Assembly: GCA_039803745.1 (NCBI GenBank)
Contig: JBDRZD010000044.1
Span: forward strand, 1 to 15,035
From: a candidate division WOR-3 bacterium
GTDB lineage: Bacteria; Hydrothermota; Hydrothermia; Hydrothermales; Hydrothermaceae
Direction of reading: 5' to 3'
DNA: 15,035 nucleotides
A program made the translations under genes and the position numbers. Numbering within the stretch: the first letter of the stretch is position 1; each line of letters opens with the position of its first letter. Shown here one piece after another: positions 7,897 to 14,908 of this stretch. The notes beneath the pieces are model-generated. The model ran no database searches. It had not been told where the DNA came from and was given only the letters and a program-made list of their open reading frames with translations.

Positions 7897-8909
7897 TTCT
7901 TTAAAATTTTCTCTGCAATTTCAAAAAATATCTTTGCAGTTTCATTTTCTTTATATTTTAAAACAAATATTTCGCCTCTATCACTTGAACTTGCTAAATT
8001 TATATCAAACTGAATCCTCCCAAGAACTTCTGAATTAAATTCCTTTGCAATTTCATCTATTTTTGAAAAGCCAAAAATATGGTGAATTTTAAAACAGTTA
8101 TCGCATTTAAAATAGGACATATTTTCTATAATTCCAAGAAAAGGAATATAAAGTTTAAAGAGCATATTTATTGCCCTTCTAACATCACTTATCGCAACAT
8201 CCTGAGGCGTTGTAACTGCAATTCCTCCTTTTAAATAAGTAAGTTGGGATAAAGAAATTATAGGGTCACCTGTTCCAGGAGGCAAATCTATTATTAAATA
8301 ATCAATTTCCCCCCATTTTGTATCAAATAAAAGTTGTCTTAATGCAGAATGGATTAAAGGTCCTCTCCATATTATTGGTGCATCCTTTGAAGTTAAATAA
8401 CCAAGGGAAATTATCTTAACACCATCCCTTTCATAAGGGATTATCTTATCATCTTCAAAAATTATTTTACCTTTACCTCCCATTATTGAAATTGTTGGTC
8501 CATAAACATCAGCATCTAAAAGACCAACTTTTTTCCCTTTTTCACTTAATGCAAATGCTAAGTTTATTGAAACTGTTGATTTTCCAACTCCTCCCTTTCC
8601 ACTTAAAATTGCAATAATATTTTTAACCCCCTCAACTTTTTTTCTTTGAGAAAAAACATCATAACTTTTTGCATCAATCGCAATCTCAACATCTTTAATC
8701 CATTCAAATTTTTCCTTTAATTTTTTTGTTATCTCATTTTTAAAATAATCTTTTAAAGGACAGGCAATGCTTGTTAAAACAAGCCTCATCAAAACTTTAT
8801 CATCTAAAATTTCTAAATCCTGAACAAATCCTGCAGAAACTATATCCCTACCAATTTCAGGATCAATTATTTCTTTTAAAATGGCGAGTATTTCTTCTTT
8901 TTTATTCAT
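7893..8909 (-). CDS. apbC: Mrp/ApbC/NBP35 iron-sulfur cluster carrier ATPase with N-terminal DUF59-like domain
   Basis: 338 aa with IIDPEIGRDIV...LTSIACP (DUF59-like), deviant Walker A SGKGGVGKST, LDADVYGP, IWRGP, DYLIIDLPPGTGD, VTTPQ and ENMSYFKCDNC (CxxC). ATGA overlap with cysS. Confidence 0.94.
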   Translation of the reverse strand: MNKKEEILAILKEIIDPEIGRDIVSAGFVQDLEILDDKVLMRLVLTSIACPLKDYFKNEITKKLKEKFEWIKDVEIAIDAKSYDVFSQRKKVEGVKNIIAILSGKGGVGKSTVSINLAFALSEKGKKVGLLDADVYGPTISIMGGKGKIIFEDDKIIPYERDGVKIISLGYLTSKDAPIIWRGPLIHSALRQLLFDTKWGEIDYLIIDLPPGTGDPIISLSQLTYLKGGIAVTTPQDVAISDVRRAINMLFKLYIPFLGIIENMSYFKCDNCFKIHHIFGFSKIDEIAKEFNSEVLGRIQFDINLASSSDRGEIFVLKYKENETAKIFFEIAEKILKK

Positions 8910-8925
8910 AAAATTTAATTATAAT
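8909..8925. repeat. Intergenic element copy 2 (TAAAATTTAATTATAAT)
   Basis: Identical to 3124-3140. Contains the left arm of an 11-bp inverted repeat (8914-8924 / 8937-8947). Confidence 0.9.
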
Positions 8926-8947
8926 GGAAAAATAGTTTATAATTAAA
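8914..8947. promoter_or_regulatory. Symmetric divergent promoter pair for apbC (-) and the AGCS symporter (+)
   Basis: Plus strand: TTTAAT (8914-8919), 18 nt, TATAAT (8938-8943), 6 nt, ATG (8950). Minus strand: TTTAAT (8947-8942), 18 nt, TATAAT (8923-8918), 8 nt, ATG (8909). No SD on either side. Confidence 0.65.
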
Positions 8948-8949
8948 AT

Positions 8950-10308
8950 ATGATTGAAACAATATTAAAAATAAATGAAAAATTGAATCAAATTGTATGG
9001 GGAATCCCAACCATAATCCTTTTGATAGGGGCTGGAATAGGAATTTCAATAATTACAGGTTTCCTCCAGTTCACAAAATTCAAAAGGATAATGAAAGAAA
9101 CATTTGGAAAAATGTTTACAGCACCAAAAGGAAAAGAGGGAGATATAACTCCTTTTCAGGCATTAACTGTTGCTATGGGTGGAACTGTTGGTGTTGGAAA
9201 CATTGCAGGTGTTGCAACTGCAATTGCCCTTGGTGGACCCGGTGCCCTTTTCTGGATGCTTATCTCTGGTATCCTTGGAATGGCTACAAAGTTTGGAGAG
9301 GTTGTCCTATCAATAAATTATAGAATAAGAGAAAAAGAAGGTCCGATGGTTGGTGGACCAATGGTTTATATAGAAAAGGGAATGGGTAAAAAATTCAAAT
9401 TTCTTGGAATAATATTTGCACTCTTTGGAGCAATTGCTGCATTTGGAATAGGGAATATGGTTCAAGCAAATTCTGTTGCTGAAGGTGCTTCTCACTTTGG
9501 AATCCCAAAGTTTTTAACAGGAATAGTTTTAATAATAGCAGTTGGTCTTGTTACAATTGGAGGAATAAAAAGGATTGCACAGGTTGCAACATTTTTTGTT
9601 CCTTTTATGTGCATCACATATATGATATGTGCAATTTTAGTAATATTAAAACATTTTTATAATATACCAGAAGCAATAAAAATTATATTCATACACGCAT
9701 TTAAACCTGTTGCACCAATAGGCGGTTTTTTAGGTGCCTCTATTTCTTCTGCTATAAAATATGGTATTGCAAGAGGTGTATTTTCAAATGAGGCAGGGCT
9801 TGGAAGTGCACCGGTTGCCCATTCAACAGCAAAAACTGACCATCCTGTAAGGCAGGGATTCTGGGGCTGTTTTGAAGTATTTTTTGATACAATAGTAATG
9901 TGTTTTATAACAGGGCTTGCAATAATAACAAGTGGAGTATGGATAACAGGAAAAACAGGAGCAACACTTACATCAGAGGCATTTTCAACATTATTCGGAT
10001 TTAATCTTGGTAATGCAATCGTAACAATATCAATGATATTAACTGCCTATGATACAAATCTCGCATGGTGTTTTTATGGAGAAACATATCTTTCCTATTT
10101 GGTTGGTTATAAACATATTGCAAGAATGATTTATAGAATAATATGGCTTCCTTTTATACTACTTGGTTCTCTTGGGAAACTTGAAGCAGTATGGAGTATT
10201 GCAGATACATTAAATGGACTTATGGCAATACCAAATATAATTGCCTTATTTTATCTTTTACCTGTTATAAGAAAACTTTATATTGAATTCTTCAAAAAAT
10301 TTGATTAA
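8950..10308 (+). CDS. Alanine/glycine:cation symporter (AGCS family)
   Basis: 452-aa hydrophobic protein with GDITPFQAL, TVGVGNIAGVATAI..GGPGALFWM, GGPM.YI..G, IGNMVQANS, GGIKRIA, RGVFSNEAGLGSAP, EVFFDTIVMC and ADTLNGLMAIPN. Confidence 0.94.
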   Translation: MIETILKINEKLNQIVWGIPTIILLIGAGIGISIITGFLQFTKFKRIMKETFGKMFTAPKGKEGDITPFQALTVAMGGTVGVGNIAGVATAIALGGPGALFWMLISGILGMATKFGEVVLSINYRIREKEGPMVGGPMVYIEKGMGKKFKFLGIIFALFGAIAAFGIGNMVQANSVAEGASHFGIPKFLTGIVLIIAVGLVTIGGIKRIAQVATFFVPFMCITYMICAILVILKHFYNIPEAIKIIFIHAFKPVAPIGGFLGASISSAIKYGIARGVFSNEAGLGSAPVAHSTAKTDHPVRQGFWGCFEVFFDTIVMCFITGLAIITSGVWITGKTGATLTSEAFSTLFGFNLGNAIVTISMILTAYDTNLAWCFYGETYLSYLVGYKHIARMIYRIIWLPFILLGSLGKLEAVWSIADTLNGLMAIPNIIALFYLLPVIRKLYIEFFKKFD

Positions 10309-10330
10309 TCTTTAAAAATTTAATTATAAT
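10301..10330 (+). promoter_or_regulatory. Predicted sigma70-type promoter of the leuS-recG unit (near-leaderless)
   Basis: TTGATT (10301-10306), 18-nt spacer, TATAAT (10325-10330), 9 nt, ATG (10340). No SD. Confidence 0.7.
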
Positions 10331-10334
10331 TAAA
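10315..10334. repeat. Intergenic element copy 3, extended into the perfect 16-bp palindrome TTTAATTATAATTAAA (10319-10334)
   Basis: 10315-10330 reads AAAATTTAATTATAAT, identical to 3125-3140 and 8910-8925. 10319-10334 is its own reverse complement. Confidence 0.9.
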
Positions 10335-10339
10335 AACTT

Positions 10340-12814
10340 ATGAGAGAGTATAATTTTTATGAAGTTGAGAAGAAGTGGCAAAAAATCTGGGAAGAGGAAA
10401 AAATTTTAAGAGCAGGTGATTTCCCAGAAAAAAAATTCTATGTTCTTGTAATGTTTCCATATCCATCAGGTGACCTTCACATGGGTCATTGCAGAAATTA
10501 TGTGATAGGTGATGTAATTGCAAGAAAAAAGAAAATGGAAGGGTATGATGTTCTTCATCCTTTTGGCTGGGATTCCTTTGGTCTTCCTGCTGAAAATGCT
10601 GCAATCAGGAGAAAAATACATCCCAGAGAATGGACATTTAAAAATATTGAAGAGTCAAGAGAAGATATTAAAAAAATGGGGATTCTTTATGATTGGGATA
10701 GAGAAATATTTACATGCAAACCAGATTATTATAAATGGACACAGTGGCTTTTTTTATTGCTCTTTAAAAGAAAACTTGCTTATAGAAAAAAAGCATTTGT
10801 TAATTTTTGTCCTTCCTGTAAAACAGTTTTAGCAAATGAGCAAATTGCTCATGGAAGATGTGAAAGATGCGGAAAGGAAGTTACAAAAAAAGAACTTGAA
10901 CAATGGTTTTTTAAAATAACGGATTATGCTGAAAGACTTTTAAAAGATTTAGAGAAACTTGAAGGTAAGTGGCCTGAAAGGGTTATTGAGATGCAAAGAA
11001 ACTGGATAGGAAAATCAGAGGGAGTTGAGATTGATTTTATCTTTGAAGAAAATAAAGATATAAAATTAAAAGTTTTTACAACAAGGGCAGATACAATATA
11101 TGGAGTTACATTTTTAACAATAAGTCCAGAAAATGAAATTATTAAAGAGATAATAAAAAATTCAGAATATAAAAATGAGGTTTTAAGATATATAGAGAGG
11201 TCATTAAAGATTTCTGAAATAGAAAGGGCAAGTATATTAAGGGAAAAAACAGGTGTATTTACAGGCAAATATGCAATACATCCTTTTACAGGTGAAAAAC
11301 TTCCAATATTTGTCGGTGATTATGTTCTTGCCCATTATGGAACAGGCATTGTTATGGGTGTTCCAGGACATGATCAAAGGGATTTTGAATTCGCAAGGAA
11401 AATGAATTTGAAAATAAAGATTGTTATAAAACCATTTGATTCAGAAATTGGAGAGGAGATTGAAAGAGCCTATGAGGAATATGGAATAATGATTAATTCA
11501 GGTGAATTCACAGGACTTGATTCAAAAAATGGGATTGAAAAAGTATGCGAAAAATTGGAAAAAATGGGACTTGGAAGAAAATCAATAAGTTTTAGATTAA
11601 GAGATTGGCTTATATCAAGACAAAGATACTGGGGAGCACCTATTCCGATAATTCATTGTGAAAATTGCGGTATAGTTCCTGTAAATGAAAAGGATTTACC
11701 TGTTTTGCTTCCTGAAAAGGTTGATTATATACCAAAGGGAAGGTCACCTCTTGAAACTAATGAGGAATTTATGAATACAACTTGTCCAAAATGCAAAAAT
11801 AAGGCAAAAAGGGACCCTGATACAATGGATACATTTGTTGATTCATCATGGTATTATTTAAGATATATTGATCCAAAAAATGATAAAGAAATTTTTGATA
11901 AAGAGAAAATTAAAAGATGGCTTCCTGTAGATGAATATATAGGTGGAGCAGAACATGCAACAGGACATCTTTTATATTCAAGATTTATAACAAAAGTTTT
12001 ATATGATGAGGGATTAATTCCCTTTGATGAACCTTTTGAAAGACTTTTTACTCAAGGAATGGTTTTAAGAAGAACACCTGATGGGAATGTTGAGATGATG
12101 TCAAAAAGGGCAGGAAATGCAGTAACAATTAGGGAATTTACAAAAGATTGGGGAGCAGATATTGCAAGGATAAACATACTCTTTGCAGGTCCACCAGAAA
12201 GGGATTTTGAATGGACAGATGAAGGTGTTCAGGGAGCAAAAAGATTCTTATTAAGAGTATGGAAACTGTTTAATGAAAATGAAGAAGTATTTAAAAAGGC
12301 GATTTTGGAAATAAATAAGGAAAAATTAAGTGAAAAAGAAAAAGAACTTTATAAATTAACCCATATTTATTTTAAAAGAGTTTCAGAAGATATTGAAAAT
12401 TATAAGTTCAACACAGCAATTGCTGCTTTAATGGAATGGATGAACCACTTATATTCATTTCCTCTGAAACTATCTGAAATATTTGGTTATTCTCTAAATT
12501 TCTTCTGTATCGCCCTTTCGCCTTTTGCTCCTCATATGGCAGAGGAAATATGGAGTAAAAAAGAAAGAGGAAGTATATTAAAAGAGAAATGGCAAAAGTG
12601 GGATGAAAAGGTTATTGAAGAGGAAGAAGTTACTATTGTTGTTCAAATAAATGGTAAAGTAAGGGGGAAAATAAAGGTTAAAAAAGGAAAAAATGAGGAA
12701 GAAATTAAAGAAATGGCTTTTTCTCTGCCAAATGTAAAAAGGTATATTGAAAATAAGGAAATAGTTAAAGTGCATTATGTTCCTGATAAAATTTTAAGTA
12801 TAGTTATAAAATAA
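10340..12814 (+). CDS. leuS: Leucine--tRNA ligase (bacterial type)
   Basis: 824 aa with MFPYPSGDLHMGH, GWDSFGLPAENAA, Zn knuckles, CP1 editing motifs FTTRADT and GTGIVMGVPGHDQRD, LRDWLISRQRYWGAPIP, DTMDTFVDSSWY, YIGGAEHA, MMSKR (KMSKS position) and C-terminal VQINGKVR. Confidence 0.97.
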   Translation: MREYNFYEVEKKWQKIWEEEKILRAGDFPEKKFYVLVMFPYPSGDLHMGHCRNYVIGDVIARKKKMEGYDVLHPFGWDSFGLPAENAAIRRKIHPREWTFKNIEESREDIKKMGILYDWDREIFTCKPDYYKWTQWLFLLLFKRKLAYRKKAFVNFCPSCKTVLANEQIAHGRCERCGKEVTKKELEQWFFKITDYAERLLKDLEKLEGKWPERVIEMQRNWIGKSEGVEIDFIFEENKDIKLKVFTTRADTIYGVTFLTISPENEIIKEIIKNSEYKNEVLRYIERSLKISEIERASILREKTGVFTGKYAIHPFTGEKLPIFVGDYVLAHYGTGIVMGVPGHDQRDFEFARKMNLKIKIVIKPFDSEIGEEIERAYEEYGIMINSGEFTGLDSKNGIEKVCEKLEKMGLGRKSISFRLRDWLISRQRYWGAPIPIIHCENCGIVPVNEKDLPVLLPEKVDYIPKGRSPLETNEEFMNTTCPKCKNKAKRDPDTMDTFVDSSWYYLRYIDPKNDKEIFDKEKIKRWLPVDEYIGGAEHATGHLLYSRFITKVLYDEGLIPFDEPFERLFTQGMVLRRTPDGNVEMMSKRAGNAVTIREFTKDWGADIARINILFAGPPERDFEWTDEGVQGAKRFLLRVWKLFNENEEVFKKAILEINKEKLSEKEKELYKLTHIYFKRVSEDIENYKFNTAIAALMEWMNHLYSFPLKLSEIFGYSLNFFCIALSPFAPHMAEEIWSKKERGSILKEKWQKWDEKVIEEEEVTIVVQINGKVRGKIKVKKGKNEEEIKEMAFSLPNVKRYIENKEIVKVHYVPDKILSIVIK

Positions 12815-14908
12815 TTGCAGAATATAAATCTTGATACTGAAATAAGATTTCTAAAAGGAATAGGTCCCAAAAAGGCAAAAGTTTTTGAAAAAATAGGAAT
12901 TAAAAAAGTAGAAGATTTATTATATTTTAAGCCAAAGAAATATGTTGATAGAAGAATAATTAAGAAAATAAGAGATTTAAAGCCCGGCGAAGAAGAGATT
13001 GTTTATGGTAAAGTTTATACGAAAGGGATAAGAAAAATTTCTCCCCATAAAGAACTTTTCATAGTAATAATAAAGGATGAGACTGGATGGATGGAACTTG
13101 TTTTTGTAAATACTCCATATTTTATGAAATCCTTTAAAATTGGAGATGAAGTTATTGCTTCTGGTAGAGTTTCAGAATTTAAAGGAATAAAACAAATTTT
13201 TCATCCAGAATTTGAAATACTTGATAAAAAAAGAATTGAATTGATTCATGCAGGTAAAATAGTTCCCATTTATCCACAGATTTCAATAACAAGTGGGAAA
13301 ACAAAAACCATTTTAAGACCTAAATTTATAAGAAATTTGATATATGATATTCTTGAGGAATTAAAAGAAAAAATACCAGAAAAACTTCCTGAATATATAA
13401 TAAAACATCATGCACTTTTACCAAGAAAAAAGGCAATATATTATATGCATTTCCCATCCAGTTTTGAAATTATAGATATAAGTCATAAAACTCTTATATT
13501 TGAAGAATTCTTTTATTATTTCATCCACTTGCTCTTATATAAATATCAAAAATTAAAAGCACCAAAATTACTTGTAAAACATACTTTAACAAAAAAATTT
13601 TTAAATTCCCTTGAATTTGAACTAACAAATGATCAAAAAAGAGTAATAAGGGAAATTGAAGTTGATATGGCAAAGGAAATTCCGATGAGAAGACTTCTGC
13701 AAGGAGAAGTTGGAAGTGGAAAAACAGTTGTTGCTCTTTACGCTTCTTTAATTGCAATTGAAAATGGTTTTCAAGTTGCCTTTATGGCACCAACAGAGAT
13801 ACTTGCAGAACAGCATTTTTTAGTTACAAAAAAATTCTTTGAGAATTTAAATTTAAAAGTTGAGATATTAAAAGGAAAAATAAAAGAAAAGGATAAAAAG
13901 AAAATTTTAATGGATTTAAGTGAAGGAAGAATTGATCTTTTAATAGGAACCCATTCATTGATTGAAGAAAATGTTGAATTTAAAAATCTTGGTCTTGTTA
14001 TAATAGATGAACAGCATAAATTTGGAGTATATCAAAGGGCAAAACTTGTTAAAAAGGGAAAATTTCCACATCTTTTAATAATGACAGCAACACCTATTCC
14101 AAGAACACTTGCCCTTGCTCTATATTCTGACCTTGAAATAAGCACTTTAAAAGAACTTCCAAAAGGAAGGGGAAATATAAAAACAAGTATTGTTAAAAAA
14201 TCAAGGAGAAAGGAATTTTATGCAAAACTCTTTGAAAGGATATTAAAAGAGAATGAAAAAGCATACATTGTTTCACCTATAATTGAAAAGTCTGAAAAAC
14301 TTGAGATAAAAGCCTGTGAAGAAATATTTTCAGAGTTAAAGGATTTTGCTCAGGAAGGAATAAAAATTGGAATATTACATTCAAAAGTTCCTCCGGAGAA
14401 AAGAAACCTTACGATGGAAAAATTCAGAAAGGGAGAGATAAATATTCTTGTGGCAACACAGATGGTTGAAGTTGGAATAGACATTAAGGATGCAACAATA
14501 ATGGTAATAGAAGGGGCAGAAAGGTTTGGTCTTTCACAGTTGCATCAACTAAGAGGAAGAATAGGAAGAGGTGAAAGAGATTCTTATTGTATATTAATTG
14601 TTCCTGATGAACTTGAAGGTGAAGCAAAGGAAAGAATTTCTGCATTCTTAAAAACAAATGATGGATTTATTTTATCTGAACTTGATTTAAGAATAAGGGG
14701 ACCAGGAGATTTAATGGGAACAAGACAGCACGGATATTTAAACTTTAAAATGGGAGATATAATTAAAAATAAGGATATACTTTTGAAAGCAAAAAGACAG
14801 GCTGAGGCAGTTTTGGAAAGGGATCCTGAATTAAAATCACCAGAAAATAAAATAATCTCTTTAAATCTTTATGAAGAGGATAAAATATTTCTATCAGAGA
14901 TTGGTTAA
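12815..14908 (+). CDS. recG: ATP-dependent DNA helicase RecG
   Basis: 697 aa, TTG start immediately after the leuS TAA. N-terminal LKGIGPK and OB/wedge domain, M.RLLQGEVGSGKT, MAPTEILAEQH, DEQH, MTATPIPRTL, GLSQLHQLRGRIGRG and TRG motif DLRIRGPGD..GTRQHG. Confidence 0.96.
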   Translation: MQNINLDTEIRFLKGIGPKKAKVFEKIGIKKVEDLLYFKPKKYVDRRIIKKIRDLKPGEEEIVYGKVYTKGIRKISPHKELFIVIIKDETGWMELVFVNTPYFMKSFKIGDEVIASGRVSEFKGIKQIFHPEFEILDKKRIELIHAGKIVPIYPQISITSGKTKTILRPKFIRNLIYDILEELKEKIPEKLPEYIIKHHALLPRKKAIYYMHFPSSFEIIDISHKTLIFEEFFYYFIHLLLYKYQKLKAPKLLVKHTLTKKFLNSLEFELTNDQKRVIREIEVDMAKEIPMRRLLQGEVGSGKTVVALYASLIAIENGFQVAFMAPTEILAEQHFLVTKKFFENLNLKVEILKGKIKEKDKKKILMDLSEGRIDLLIGTHSLIEENVEFKNLGLVIIDEQHKFGVYQRAKLVKKGKFPHLLIMTATPIPRTLALALYSDLEISTLKELPKGRGNIKTSIVKKSRRKEFYAKLFERILKENEKAYIVSPIIEKSEKLEIKACEEIFSELKDFAQEGIKIGILHSKVPPEKRNLTMEKFRKGEINILVATQMVEVGIDIKDATIMVIEGAERFGLSQLHQLRGRIGRGERDSYCILIVPDELEGEAKERISAFLKTNDGFILSELDLRIRGPGDLMGTRQHGYLNFKMGDIIKNKDILLKAKRQAEAVLERDPELKSPENKIISLNLYEEDKIFLSEIG

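Noticed and set aside
5889..9495. Short ORFs at 5889-6107, 6791-7012, 7128-7415, 7135-7317, 8997-9323 (Cys/Trp-rich) and 9310-9495
   Set aside because: Nested in the SDR, cysS or AGCS genes. The Cys/Trp richness of 8997-9323 comes from off-frame reading of Val/Ala/Gly codon runs (gtt gca, ggt gga), not from a metal-binding peptide.
3124..10334. The three AAAATTTAATTATAAT copies as a CRISPR array, IS ends or recombination sites
   Set aside because: Copies are kilobases apart, flank core housekeeping genes and coincide with -10 boxes. No cas, transposase or recombinase gene and no target-site duplication is visible.
10319..10334. Palindrome as an intrinsic terminator for the AGCS gene
   Set aside because: The stem would be all A-U and weak, and it is followed by AACTT rather than a U-tract.
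10309..10339. T-box or attenuator leader upstream of leuS (or cysS)
   Set aside because: The gap is only 31 nt of nearly pure AT with no T-box sequence, and cysS overlaps apbC directly.
10338..13757. Short ORFs at 10338-10604, 10518-10832, 10924-11268, 12578-12775 and 13521-13757
   Set aside because: Nested in or antisense to leuS or recG; their composition mirrors the codon bias of the real genes.
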